From the NCBI RefSeq assembly GCF_000010065.1, contig NC_006576.1, positions 1,200,001 to 1,232,000 on the forward strand: a stretch of DNA of 32,000 nt, in the 5' to 3' direction. The notes beneath the pieces are model-generated. The model was not told the origin of the DNA and did not search any database. It saw only the letters and a list, made by a program, of their open reading frames with translations. This DNA comes from Synechococcus elongatus PCC 6301. GTDB lineage: Bacteria > Cyanobacteriota > Cyanobacteriia > Synechococcales > Synechococcaceae. The position numbers were made by a program, and so were the translations under genes. Below, piece by piece: positions 1 to 8,930 of this stretch; within the stretch, counting starts at the first letter, position 1, and each line of letters starts with the position of its first letter.

Positions 1-1498
1 GCTCTGCTTTCCCAATCGGGAGCGACTCCCAGCCTTCTTCCGGCAGGGGTACGCCAATACCATTCCCGCGCGGGAAACGCATGGCGATCGGGCCGTCGTA
101 TTCAATACCCGTCACTAGCATCCGCTGCAGTTCGGCCTCATCTTTCGGTGCCATCAGCACCATGTTGGGAATCAGCCGCAGGTAAGCAATGTCGTACATG
201 CCTTGGTGTGTCGGGCCATCCGCGCCAACTATCCCCGCGCGATCGAGGCAGAAGAAGACGGGCAGCTTTTGGATACAAACGTCGTGGATGACTTGATCAA
301 AGGCCCGCTGCAGGAAGGTGGAATAGATTGCCACCACCGGACGCATGCCATCGCAGGCCATACCGGCAGCTAGCACCACGGCGTGCTGTTCGGCAATGCC
401 AACATCGATGTATTGCTTCGGCAGCGCCTTCTGGAGAATGTCCAAGCCGGTGCCTGTCGCCATCGCAGCCGTAATCCCGACAATGCGGCGATCGCTCTTG
501 GCCAAGGTCGTCAGGGTTTGGCCAAACACTTTGGAATGGCTAGGCGGCTTCGGTTTTGAAGCTGGTTTAGCCTTCCCTGTCGCCAGATCAAAGGGATTTT
601 GGGCATGATAGCCAACCTGATCTTCTTCAGCGTAGGGATAGCCCTTACCCTTGGTTGTGGCAACGTGGACGAGTACTGGTCCGGTGTGTTTGTGCGCTTC
701 GCGGAAGGTGGCGATCAGTTCTTCAAGGTTGTGACCATCCACTGGCCCCATGTAGGTGAAGCCCAGCTCTTCAAAGACCGCCCCAATCTTGCTGTAGGAG
801 AGGCGCTTCATGCCTTCCTTAACCGGCTCAAAGCCTTGGGTAATGGCGCCGCCGACGAAGGGAATTTGTTGCATCCCCTGGGTCAAACCATCGGTGAGCA
901 ACTGCATCGGCTCACTAACCCGAATCTTATTCAGATAGCGAGAGAGCGCACCCACGTTGGGCGAGATCGACATGTCATTGTCGTTGAGCACGACCAACAG
1001 CCGTGTTTTGGGCAAGTGACCAGCGTGGTTGATGGCTTCCAAGGCCATGCCACCGGTGAGCGATCCATCACCAATCACAGCGACACATCGGTAGTCTTCG
1101 CCCTGGGCATCCCGTGCTAGAGCCATACCGAGGGCAGCAGAAATACTGGTGGAAGCGTGACCGGCACCGAAATGATCGAAGCGGTTTTCCGTGCGCTTCA
1201 GGTAGCCCGCAATGCCATCCTTTTGCCGCAAGGTATGGAAGTTGTGATAGCGCCCTGTCAGCAGCTTGTGGGGATAGGCTTGGTGGCCAACGTCCCAAAC
1301 CACTTTGTCGCGATCGAGATCGAGCGTTTGGTAAAGCGCTAGGGTCAATTCCACCACGCCCAAGCCCGGCCCGAGGTGCCCACCGGTCGCTGCAACCGTC
1401 TGCAGGTGCTTCTCACGAATCTGGTGGCCAATTTGCTCAAGCTGAGCAACCGACAACCCGTGGAGCTGGTTGGGATGGGTAATTTCGCTGAGATGCAT
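1..1498 (-). CDS. dxs: 1-deoxy-D-xylulose-5-phosphate synthase, 3' end cut by the window edge (about 499 N-terminal codons present)
   Basis: Absent from the ORF track because it runs off the window. The reverse complement from the ATG at 1498-1496 reads [56 protein letters not shown]...[18 protein letters not shown]...[20 protein letters not shown], a typical DXS N-terminus with the TPP-binding GDG motif. The + strand ORFs at 345-1603 are antisense shadows. Confidence 0.9.
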   Translation of the reverse strand, partial: MHLSEITHPNQLHGLSVAQLEQIGHQIREKHLQTVAATGGHLGPGLGVVELTLALYQTLDLDRDKVVWDVGHQAYPHKLLTGRYHNFHTLRQKDGIAGYLKRTENRFDHFGAGHASTSISAALGMALARDAQGEDYRCVAVIGDGSLTGGMALEAINHAGHLPKTRLLVVLNDNDMSISPNVGALSRYLNKIRVSEPMQLLTDGLTQGMQQIPFVGGAITQGFEPVKEGMKRLSYSKIGAVFEELGFTYMGPVDGHNLEELIATFREAHKHTGPVLVHVATTKGKGYPYAEEDQVGYHAQNPFDLATGKAKPASKPKPPSHSKVFGQTLTTLAKSDRRIVGITAAMATGTGLDILQKALPKQYIDVGIAEQHAVVLAAGMACDGMRPVVAIYSTFLQRAFDQVIHDVCIQKLPVFFCLDRAGIVGADGPTHQGMYDIAYLRLIPNMVLMAPKDEAELQRMLVTGIEYDGPIAMRFPRGNGIGVPLPEEGWESLPIGKAE

Positions 1499-1659
1499 CA
1501 GACGTCCTCCGGTGGCAGCCAAGACGCGCAACCTTCATTCACTGTAGAGGATGGCCTTCCCCAAACGGTCTCCATTGCTGCGATCGCAACAAGTGAATGC
1601 TAAAACTTGCGAAGAATCTGCTGCTGGCTGCAGTGAACGTTGTGAGGCCGTTATCCACC

Positions 1660-2199
1660 ATGACCCGCTTGTCTATTCCCTTGGCTGCGATCGCTTTCTC
1701 TAGCTTGGCTGGGCTCAGTCTGTCGACCCCTGCCGCCCAAGCAGCGGACTTTGCCGATTGCGCAGCAACCCTGACCGGGTTAGGTCTGGCCGCACCCGTG
1801 GCTGCCAATGCTTGTGCCGGTGCCCAGTTTCCGGCTGATCTGTCGAGCTGCACCGATCGCTTGACCAGCAGTTTGAAATTGACGGCTGCCGATAGCTTGG
1901 CCGCCTGCCGGAGCGTTCGCAAACCCTTAGCAGTAGCAAGCTGTGCCGAGCGGCTGCAGGCTGCTGGTGACGCCACCCCCGCTTTGATTGCCGATGGTTG
2001 CCGGCTGAGCCTAGTGCCCGAGCGCTACGCTAACTGCGTGCTTGGCCTTGGCGATGGCCTCGACTTGACCCGCGACCAGCTGCTGCGGGCTTGCTCTAAC
2101 AACGGTGATGTCCCCCGTCGCATCTATCCCAACTTCACAACCTTGGGTGAAACCCAGCGGGAAAGCATTCCGGCAGTCTCGCCTGCTCCTCGTCCCTAG
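1660..2199 (+). CDS. Secreted Ala-rich, Cys-periodic hypothetical protein
   Basis: This lies within track ORF 1597-2199. I prefer the internal ATG at 1660 because MTRLSIPLAAIAFSSLAGLSLSTPAAQA is a canonical Sec signal peptide with an AQA cleavage site. The mature part has 8 Cys at roughly 15-25 residue spacing. No family recognised. Confidence 0.55.
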   Translation: MTRLSIPLAAIAFSSLAGLSLSTPAAQAADFADCAATLTGLGLAAPVAANACAGAQFPADLSSCTDRLTSSLKLTAADSLAACRSVRKPLAVASCAERLQAAGDATPALIADGCRLSLVPERYANCVLGLGDGLDLTRDQLLRACSNNGDVPRRIYPNFTTLGETQRESIPAVSPAPRP

Positions 2200-2223
2200 C
2201 ACTTAGGGTTCATCTCCCTCGCC

Positions 2224-2269
2224 GCTGCTCGTCTCCGCCTACACTCGGGAGAAGAGCAGCGAATTTTTT
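2224..2269 (+). terminator. Rho-independent terminator or attenuator hairpin abutting the cimA start codon
   Basis: GCTGCTC(2224-2230)/GAGCAGC(2254-2260) plus an inner stem TCTCC(2232-2236)/GGAGA(2248-2252) give a 12-bp interrupted stem. It is followed by GAA and TTTTTT (2264-2269). The cimA ATG starts at 2270. Confidence 0.5.
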
Positions 2270-3898
2270 ATGACCAGGCCAGCCTCTGCCGCGATCGCGG
2301 TCTACGACACGACCCTGCGCGATGGCGCCCAGCGAGAAGGCTTGTCGCTGTCGCTAGAGGACAAGCTGCGAATTGCCCACTGCCTCGATCGCCTCGGGGT
2401 GAAGTTCATTGAGGGCGGCTGGCCCGGCGCCAATCCTAAGGACGTGCAATTCTTCTGGGAATTACAGCAGCGGCCGCTTCAGCAAGCCGAAGTCGTAGCG
2501 TTCTGCTCCACCCGTCGTCCCGGTCAAATCGCTGGCGAGGATGAACTGCTTAAAGCCCTCCTTGCTGCGGGCACGACTTGGGTCACGATCTTCGGTAAGT
2601 CGTGGGATCTGCATGTTGTCGAAGGGCTGAAAACCAGTCTGGATGAGAATCTGGTGATGATCAGCGACAGCATCGCCTACCTCCGCACCTGCGATCGCCG
2701 CGTCATCTACGATGCTGAGCATTGGTTTGATGGCTACTTGGCGAATCCAGATTACGCCTTGCAGACCTTGGCGGCCGCAATTGAAGCGGGAGCCGAGTGG
2801 ATCGTTCTTTGCGACACCAATGGCGGCTGTTTGCCCCATCAAATCAGCGAGATTGTGGCGGCGGTGCTGGATCGCTTCCCGAGCCTTGCGCCGGATCAAA
2901 CCGGGCCTCAACTGGGCATCCACACCCACAATGATTCTGAGACTGCTGTAGCCAATGCGATCGCGGCAGTGCAGGCCGGTGCCCGCATGGTGCACGGCAC
3001 AATCAATGGTTACGGCGAGCGCTGTGGCAATGCCAATCTCTGCTCTGTCATCCCTAACCTGCAGCTCAAGCTTGGCTATGACTGCGTTGAAACCGAACAA
3101 CTGATGCAGTTGACGGCGACGAGTCGGTTGGTTAGCGAAATCGTCAATCTCGCGCCAGATGATCACGCTGCCTACGTTGGTCAGTCAGCCTTCGCCCACA
3201 AGGGCGGCATCCACGTCAGTGCCGTGGAGCGCAACCCGCTGACCTATGAGCACATTCGCCCCGAGCAAGTCGGCAACCTGCGCCGTATCGTCATTTCCGA
3301 GCAATCTGGCCTCAGTAATGTCCTTGCCAAAGCCCGCAGTTTTGGGCTGGACTTACAGCGAAACGATCCCGCTTGTCGCGATCTCTTGGCGCGCCTCAAG
3401 GAGCTCGAAAGTCAGGGCTACCAATTTGAAGCGGCAGAGGCCAGCTTTGATCTACTGATGCGGGAAGCCACCGGCGATCGCCCTCACTTTTTTGACCTCA
3501 AGGATTTCCATGTCCATTGCAGCAAGCAACGGCAGGAGCTAAATGCTTTAGCCACCGTTAAAGTTGCAGTTACCGGTCGCGATATTTTGGAGTCGGCGGA
3601 AGGCAACGGTCCAGTCTCAGCGCTCGATGCAGCCCTGCGCAAAGCGATCGGCAGCTTTTACCCTGCCGTTATGCAATTCCACCTCTCGGACTACAAGGTG
3701 CGGATTTTGGATGGGGCAGCCGGAACTTCCGCTAAAACGCGCGTCTTGGTGGAGTCGAGCAACGGATCGCAGCGCTGGTCCACTGTCGGCGTCTCGGGCA
3801 ACATCATTGAGGCGTCCTATCAAGCCGTCGTGGAAGGGATTGAGTATGGCCTGCTCTTGCAGCAGCAAGCGCCCCTGCAAGCTGCCGAAAAGCCCTAG
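2270..3898 (+). CDS. cimA: (R)-citramalate synthase, LeuA/HMGL-like family
   Basis: 542 aa. The N-terminal DRE-TIM motifs VYDTTLRDGAQREGLSLS and GIHTHNDSE are present, with a C-terminal LeuA-type regulatory domain. Length and N-terminus match the cyanobacterial CimA type rather than LeuA. Assigned by recognition only. Confidence 0.8.
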   Translation: MTRPASAAIAVYDTTLRDGAQREGLSLSLEDKLRIAHCLDRLGVKFIEGGWPGANPKDVQFFWELQQRPLQQAEVVAFCSTRRPGQIAGEDELLKALLAAGTTWVTIFGKSWDLHVVEGLKTSLDENLVMISDSIAYLRTCDRRVIYDAEHWFDGYLANPDYALQTLAAAIEAGAEWIVLCDTNGGCLPHQISEIVAAVLDRFPSLAPDQTGPQLGIHTHNDSETAVANAIAAVQAGARMVHGTINGYGERCGNANLCSVIPNLQLKLGYDCVETEQLMQLTATSRLVSEIVNLAPDDHAAYVGQSAFAHKGGIHVSAVERNPLTYEHIRPEQVGNLRRIVISEQSGLSNVLAKARSFGLDLQRNDPACRDLLARLKELESQGYQFEAAEASFDLLMREATGDRPHFFDLKDFHVHCSKQRQELNALATVKVAVTGRDILESAEGNGPVSALDAALRKAIGSFYPAVMQFHLSDYKVRILDGAAGTSAKTRVLVESSNGSQRWSTVGVSGNIIEASYQAVVEGIEYGLLLQQQAPLQAAEKP

Positions 3899-3928
3899 AA
3901 TCCAGAGACTCGCTGTCCTTGCCTGCCC

Positions 3929-4777
3929 ATGTCCGCTGTTGTTCTCGAGTCCGTTTCCAAACAGTTCGGCGATCGCAAGGTTGTCAATCAGCTCTCGTTT
4001 GCCCTCGCCCCAGGGGAATCGTTTGGGCTACTGGGACCGAACGGCGCAGGCAAATCGACCACCATTCGCATGATCACCACCCTGACCCGTCCCAGTCAGG
4101 GTCAGATCACGATCGCCGGCTACGATGTCCAGCGCGATCGCGATCGCGTGCGATCGCAACTCGGCGTTGTGCTGCAGCAAGTCAGCGTCAAGAATGACTT
4201 CACGGTCTGGGAAAACCTTGAATATCACGGGCGACTGCACCACATTCCCGATCGCGAGCGGCAGGAACGAATCAATCGCTGGCTGGACTATGTGGAATTG
4301 AGCGATCGCCGTAACGATCGCGTCCAAACCCTATCCGGCGGCATGAAGCGCCGTCTGCAGATCGCGCGGGCACTACTCCATGAACCGTCGATTCTGCTGC
4401 TGGATGAGCCGACTGTTGGCCTCGATCCACAAACTCGTCGCCGCATCTGGGAGATCATCCGCGATCTCAACCGACAGGGGATGACGGTGCTGCTAACCAC
4501 GCACTACATGGAAGAAGTCGAGTCCCTCTGCGATCGCATCGGTATTTTGGATGGCGGCCAGTTGATTGCCCTCGGGACGCTGGCGGAGCTGCGGCGTCAG
4601 CACGGCGAAGGCTTAGTGGTGAAGCAAAAGGGCGATCGCTGGGACTATCACTTCTTCCCCACAGAAGCGGAGGCGGAGCACTTCCTCGAGAGCCAGGTCG
4701 ACAAGACAGGCTTGATGGTTCGTCCCTCTAACCTCGAAGATATTTTTGTGGAACTGACAGGCCGCAGTCTCGATTGA
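3929..4777 (+). CDS. ABC transporter ATP-binding protein (ABC-2/DrrA-like); no permease gene adjacent
   Basis: Walker A GPNGAGKST, signature LSGGMKRRLQIA, Walker B ILLLDEPTVGLD, H-loop TTHYMEE. Confidence 0.88.
   Translation: MSAVVLESVSKQFGDRKVVNQLSFALAPGESFGLLGPNGAGKSTTIRMITTLTRPSQGQITIAGYDVQRDRDRVRSQLGVVLQQVSVKNDFTVWENLEYHGRLHHIPDRERQERINRWLDYVELSDRRNDRVQTLSGGMKRRLQIARALLHEPSILLLDEPTVGLDPQTRRRIWEIIRDLNRQGMTVLLTTHYMEEVESLCDRIGILDGGQLIALGTLAELRRQHGEGLVVKQKGDRWDYHFFPTEAEAEHFLESQVDKTGLMVRPSNLEDIFVELTGRSLD
4134..4157. repeat. Cluster of three HIP1 palindromes (GCGATCGC), two of them overlapping; an example of the genome-wide HIP1 repeat
   Basis: GCGATCGC occurs at 4134-4141, 4140-4147 and 4150-4157, inside the ABC ATPase gene where it encodes RDRDRVRS. 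HIP1 recurs every few hundred bp across the window, for example at 1580-1587, 3969-3976, 18152-18159, 19530-19537, 23521-23528, 24918-24925 and 25359-25366. Confidence 0.95.
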
Positions 4778-4793
4778 TGATAGAAGCGCACGG

Positions 4794-5345
4794 ATGACGG
4801 TTTCTCTGGCCGCTCGCATCGAAGCCATCCTTTACCTCAAGGGTCAGCCCCTTAGCCTGACCGCGATCGCTGAACATGCCAAATGCGATCGCGATGCTGC
4901 CGCTGATGCCCTGTTGCAGTTGATGGATGACTACGCCCATCGCGACAGCGCCTTGGAATTACTGGAGGATGAACGGGGTTTCTGCCTGCAGCTGCGCCCC
5001 GCCTTACAGGAACTGGTGCATGAACTGCTGCCGGTCGATTTGACCACTGGAACCCTGCGAACCCTCGCCGCGATCGCTCTCAAAGGTCGCATCGCCCAGA
5101 CTGATCTGGTTGATCTACGCGGTTCAGGAGCCTATCAGCAAGTGCAGGAGCTGGTCGAACAGGGATTTATCCAAAAACGCCGCCAGTCCAATGGCCGCTC
5201 CTACTGGCTGGAAGTCACAGACAAGTTTCATCAGTACTTTCAAACCGAGGGCATGAACTTAGAAGCCCTGATTCCCGCGCGATCGCAATCGACAGACAAC
5301 GCGATGGCTGAATCCACTGCTCCAGCAGCACCAGAAGTCGACTAA
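4794..5345 (+). CDS. scpB: Segregation and condensation protein B (SMC-ScpAB subunit)
   Basis: 183 aa. The N-terminus RIEAILYLKGQPLSLTAIAE and two winged-helix-like halves (TLRTLAAIALKGRIAQTDLVDLRG) are typical of ScpB. Confidence 0.8.
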   Translation: MTVSLAARIEAILYLKGQPLSLTAIAEHAKCDRDAAADALLQLMDDYAHRDSALELLEDERGFCLQLRPALQELVHELLPVDLTTGTLRTLAAIALKGRIAQTDLVDLRGSGAYQQVQELVEQGFIQKRRQSNGRSYWLEVTDKFHQYFQTEGMNLEALIPARSQSTDNAMAESTAPAAPEVD

Positions 5346-5438
5346 CGAACCTAGCAAGTTCTGGAAACCGAACTTGGATCCAAACCCACGTGGTAATGGT
5401 GATGCGATAGAGTTTGGGTACGTTTCTGAACCGCCGTA

Positions 5439-5816
5439 ATGGTCTTTAGTTCTGACTTTTTCCACAGCGACACGGAAACCCTTAAGGGCAATGCGTTGTT
5501 GCAGTACCTCCAGCATCAGTCACCAGAAGTGATGGCGCGGGTAGCAAAGTCGGCGACTTCAGATATCCAAGAAATCATTCAACAAAATGTTCAAGGTCTG
5601 CTGGGAATGTTGCCCAGTGAAGGCTTCAATGTTCAAATCGCAACCAGTCGGGAAAATTTAGCTGGCTTACTCGCCTCAGCTATGATGACAGGCTATTTTC
5701 TCCGACAAATGGAGCAACGAATGGAGCTGGATGTCAGCTTGCTGGGTTCTGCCGTTTTCGGCATTCAAACCCCGACTGAAAACAGCAACGAAGAGGATCT
5801 GCTGGACGATCTCTAA
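5439..5816 (+). CDS. DUF760-family protein
   Basis: 125 aa. NALLQYLQHQSPEVMARVAKSATSDIQEIIQQNVQGLLGMLP...ENLAGLLASAMMTGYFLRQMEQRMELD resembles the cyanobacterial/plastid DUF760 family. Assigned by recognition only. Confidence 0.6.
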   Translation: MVFSSDFFHSDTETLKGNALLQYLQHQSPEVMARVAKSATSDIQEIIQQNVQGLLGMLPSEGFNVQIATSRENLAGLLASAMMTGYFLRQMEQRMELDVSLLGSAVFGIQTPTENSNEEDLLDDL

Positions 5817-5867
5817 TCCCTAGCGATCGCAAGTCCAAAGGTTGTCTACAATCAATATCCAAGCATC

Positions 5868-5895
5868 AAAAAGCGCCCCATTCGAGGCGCTTTTT
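5868..5895. terminator. Bidirectional rho-independent terminator between the DUF760 gene (+) and psbAI (-)
   Basis: AAAAAGCGCC(5868-5877) - 8-nt loop - GGCGCTTTTT(5886-5895). The GC stem has an A-run on one side and a T-run on the other, so it reads as hairpin plus U-tract on both strands. Confidence 0.7.
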
Positions 5896-5924
5896 GATTA
5901 TTCAGACTGCTGTAATTCCGGCAA

Positions 5925-7007
5925 TTAACCGTGAATTGAAGGCGCAGTCAAAGCGACCGGGGTCGCTTCGCCTGCTGCCAAGTCGAGCGGGAAGTTGTGA
6001 GCATTACGCTCGTGCATCACTTCCATGCCCAAGTTGGCACGGTTCAACACATCTGCCCAAGTGTTGATCACTTTGCCTTGGCTATCCAAAACCGACTGGT
6101 TGAAGTTGAAACCATTCAGGTTGAACGCCATGGTGCTGATGCCCATGGAGGTAAACCAGATGCCCACGACCGGCCATGCACCCAGGAAGAAGTGCAGCGA
6201 ACGGCTGTTGTTGAACGATGCGTATTGGAAGATCAAGCGACCGAAGTAACCGTGGGCTGCCACGATGTTGTAGGTCTCTTCCTCTTGACCAAATTTGTAG
6301 CCGTAGTTTTGGCTCTCGGTCTCGGTCGTCTCACGCACCAGCGAGCTGGTCACCAACGAACCGTGCATTGCCGAGAACAGCGAACCACCGAACACACCAG
6401 CCACACCCAGCATGTGGAAGGGGTGCATCAAAATGTTGTGCTCTGCTTGGAACACGAACATGAAGTTGAAGGTGCCGCTGATACCCAGGGGCATGCCGTC
6501 CGAGAACGAACCTTGGCCGATCGGGTAGATCAGAAACACTGCAAAAGCAGCCGAGAGTGGAGCACTGTATGCAACACAGATCCAAGGGCGCATACCGAGG
6601 CGGTACGACAGCTCCCATTGACGACCCATGTAGCAGCTGATACCCAGCAAGAAGTGGAAGACCACTAATTGGTAAGGACCACCGTTGTACAGCCACTCGT
6701 CGAGGCTAGCGGCTTCCCAAATCGGATAGAAATGCAGGCCGATGGCGTTGCTGGAAGGAACAACAGCGCCGGAAATGATGTTGTTGCCATACATGAGAGA
6801 GCCGGCAACGGGCTCACGGATGCCGTCGATGTCGACGGGAGGGGCTGCAATGAACGCAACGATGAAGCAGATGGTGGCGGTCAGCAGAGTGGGGATCATC
6901 AGCACGCCGAACCAACCCACGTAGATGCGGTTGTCGGTGCTGGTTACCCACTCACAAAACCGATCCCAAACGTTATCGCGGCGTTGCTCGCGAAGAATGC
7001 TGGTCAT
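5925..7007 (-). CDS. psbAI: Photosystem II reaction-centre protein D1, form D1:1 (Gln at position 130)
   Basis: 360 aa, with an unmistakable D1 sequence ([20 protein letters not shown]...[23 protein letters not shown]...[13 protein letters not shown] plus a C-terminal extension). By my count residue 130 is Q (YMGRQ-WELS), the hallmark of the low-light D1:1 isoform. Confidence 0.97.
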
Positions 7008-7150
7008 ATCGATCTTGAGGTTGTAAAGGGCAAGAGTCTTAGTTAAAAACTCTTGCTTTTTAGGCTAGGAGATTAACTGTCAAAAAGGTGTAAAAAACCC
7101 TTAATTTTTAGCTAAGTAGACACTATTTTTATGTAACGAAAACTTTGTGA
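7008..7150 (-). promoter_or_regulatory. psbAI 5' UTR with a stem-loop, plus an AT-rich promoter region
   Basis: A perfect 8-bp inverted repeat GCAAGAGT(7030-7037)/ACTCTTGC(7049-7056) lies in the leader. On the minus strand there are TTGACA (7083-7078) and TTTACA (7094-7089) -35-like hexamers, with a very AT-rich tract at 7085-7140. I could not place an unambiguous -10 hexamer, so only the region is called. Confidence 0.55.
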
Positions 7151-7265
7151 ATTTATGTAATGTTTAGAGCGATCGCCCAAGGCTACAGTGCTCAACGGAG
7201 CCAAAACTACTGTCTACACTGGATTAGAAGACGCTAAATCCAGCTGAGCGTAGGAGCAACCCCCT

Positions 7266-7484
7266 ATGGCAACCGACAAAGTGATTTGGGTAAATGAACA
7301 ATTCGACCCGGCGGGCATTCTTTACTCGTGCATTGCGACTTGCGACGAGCAGCAGGCTCGCGACTGCCATGAGTCCTTTGAGCGCAATCTGACACCAGAA
7401 CAGCGGGCCAACGGCTGGCGTGCCCAATTGCGGACAGTGGCTTCTTGGGATGAAGTCCCTGCGTCTTCTCTGAAGCTCAGTTAA
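7266..7484 (+). CDS. Small hypothetical protein (72 aa), divergent from psbAI
   Basis: The ORF has host-like codon usage and no competing ORF. No family recognised. Confidence 0.45.
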   Translation: MATDKVIWVNEQFDPAGILYSCIATCDEQQARDCHESFERNLTPEQRANGWRAQLRTVASWDEVPASSLKLS

Positions 7485-7590
7485 GTCCTGCCGCGATCGC
7501 ACTAAACAGCGGCAAACCTGCGCACCACTCACTGAGAAGGGAAGGTGGCCTTGTCCATCCTCCCCCTCAGTTGTGATTTTTCAGTCTGGA

Positions 7591-8733
7591 CTATTGCTGC
7601 CGCAGCACAATCTCATTCTGGCGAGTTTCACCATTCAGGCTGGCACTGGCTCGCACCACATAGCGAGTGCTACTGGAAACCACGACTGGACGCCGGACTT
7701 GGACAGAGAAGTTGCCATCGCGATCGGCAATGACTTCGCGATCGAGTAAGACAGTGTTGCCAATGTCAATCAGTCCACCCAAGACCGCTGCACTCGATCG
7801 GACTTCAATCCGCACACGGGCATTAGGACGCGTACGACCCATCACAACAAAACCGTTACTGGTAACGCGATCACCATCTTGGAAGTTGGTGAAGATCGGC
7901 GTGAGCTCAGCGATCGCTCCAGCACTGTCGTAGTCGAGGCGCGTAATTTGGCCAGTCCGCAGATTTGCTTGGCAATCAAAGCGAAAAGGTTGGCTGTTGC
8001 GATCAAGGACGGCATCACCCCGCAGTCCTTGCTCCGCATTGGAGATGAAGTAAGAGCGGAGACTCGCTTGCTGGAGGCGCACTTGAGGGCTCAGACGATT
8101 GCGGAGTTCCGCTTGGCAGGCTTGAACTAAGGCTGGACTGATCTCTGGGGGATTGTTTTCTGCTTGATAGTCATAGCTAATGCGCTTAACGCGGCCATTG
8201 CGGAGATTGACCTGGCAGTCAAAGGTGAAGGGCCGAAAGTTACCAGAGCGATCGAGGGTGCCTTCTCCGCTTACGCCCTGTTCATTCCTCGAGATTGGGT
8301 AAGCACGTAGCGTATCAGCGCTGAGCAGAATTCGCTGCCCAATGCGATTGGCAAGGGCCTCTTGGCAACTCCGCCTTAAGCTGTCGCTGACTGTGTCATC
8401 ATTCCCAGCCGATTGATAGTTATATTCCAAGCTAACAACCCGGCCATCCCGCGTATTCAGCTGGCAATCAAATTGAAAAGGCCGAAAGTTGCCACTGCTG
8501 TCGAGATTCCCTCGGCCTCGAATTCCCTGCTCGGCATTAGAAATGAAGTAGGAAGAAAGCGTATCAGTTTGAACTTGAATGCGTTGGCCAATCCGCTCCG
8601 CTAAAGCGCTTTGACAGCGACGCAGGAGGGTGGGATTGACCTCGGCGGCCTGCACGGCCTCAGGGGGCAGGACTGCGATCGCACTTCCCCAGAGTAGGGC
8701 CGCTGTTGTTAGGGCTGTAATCCGTTGAGTCAT
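7591..8733 (-). CDS. Secreted protein with three tandem ~83-aa two-cysteine repeats and a C-terminal Ig-like/beta-sandwich-like domain
   Basis: Signal peptide MTQRITALTTAALLWGSAIAVLPPEAVQA. The repeats share C-x(6-7)-L-x-NR(I/L)...L(R/S)(S/A)Y(F/P)IS(N/R)(A/N)EQG...FRPF-FDCQ-N-R-G. Cys lie at residues 40/90, 123/173 and 206/254, a period of about 83 aa. The C-terminal ~110 aa is beta-rich (GRTRPNARVRIEV...DGNFSVQV). Confidence 0.75.
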   Translation of the reverse strand: MTQRITALTTAALLWGSAIAVLPPEAVQAAEVNPTLLRRCQSALAERIGQRIQVQTDTLSSYFISNAEQGIRGRGNLDSSGNFRPFQFDCQLNTRDGRVVSLEYNYQSAGNDDTVSDSLRRSCQEALANRIGQRILLSADTLRAYPISRNEQGVSGEGTLDRSGNFRPFTFDCQVNLRNGRVKRISYDYQAENNPPEISPALVQACQAELRNRLSPQVRLQQASLRSYFISNAEQGLRGDAVLDRNSQPFRFDCQANLRTGQITRLDYDSAGAIAELTPIFTNFQDGDRVTSNGFVVMGRTRPNARVRIEVRSSAAVLGGLIDIGNTVLLDREVIADRDGNFSVQVRRPVVVSSSTRYVVRASASLNGETRQNEIVLRQQ

Positions 8734-8930
8734 AGCGAGTACTAGGGATCCCAGGGTCTACTGCTGCCAGCATGCCCAGTCCCCATGGGTGCTGCAACCT
8801 CCAGTTCCCATGCGGCTCTGAGGAACCTCTATCGTTGGGGGGTGGCTAGGGATGTTGGCTTGAGCCTAGGCAAGCTAGAGCGGGTAGGGCATTCTGAGGC
8901 TATATCTTCAATCTTTCGGTTTACGACCCA

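Noticed and set aside
345-1603. Several + strand ORFs (87-173 aa) and a 76-aa minus ORF at the left end.
   Set aside because: All lie inside, and mostly antisense to, the clearly recognisable dxs coding sequence on the minus strand. Their sequences are low-complexity, typical of GC-rich shadow ORFs.
2462-3166. A 234-aa minus-strand ORF inside cimA.
   Set aside because: It is antisense to a gene with strong family motifs, and it has no motifs of its own.
5997-6668. A 223-aa + strand ORF, and other ORFs (6025-7046 on both strands) overlapping psbA.
   Set aside because: These are antisense or out of frame with an unmistakable D1 gene. His/Arg/Val-rich composition is typical of a shadow frame.
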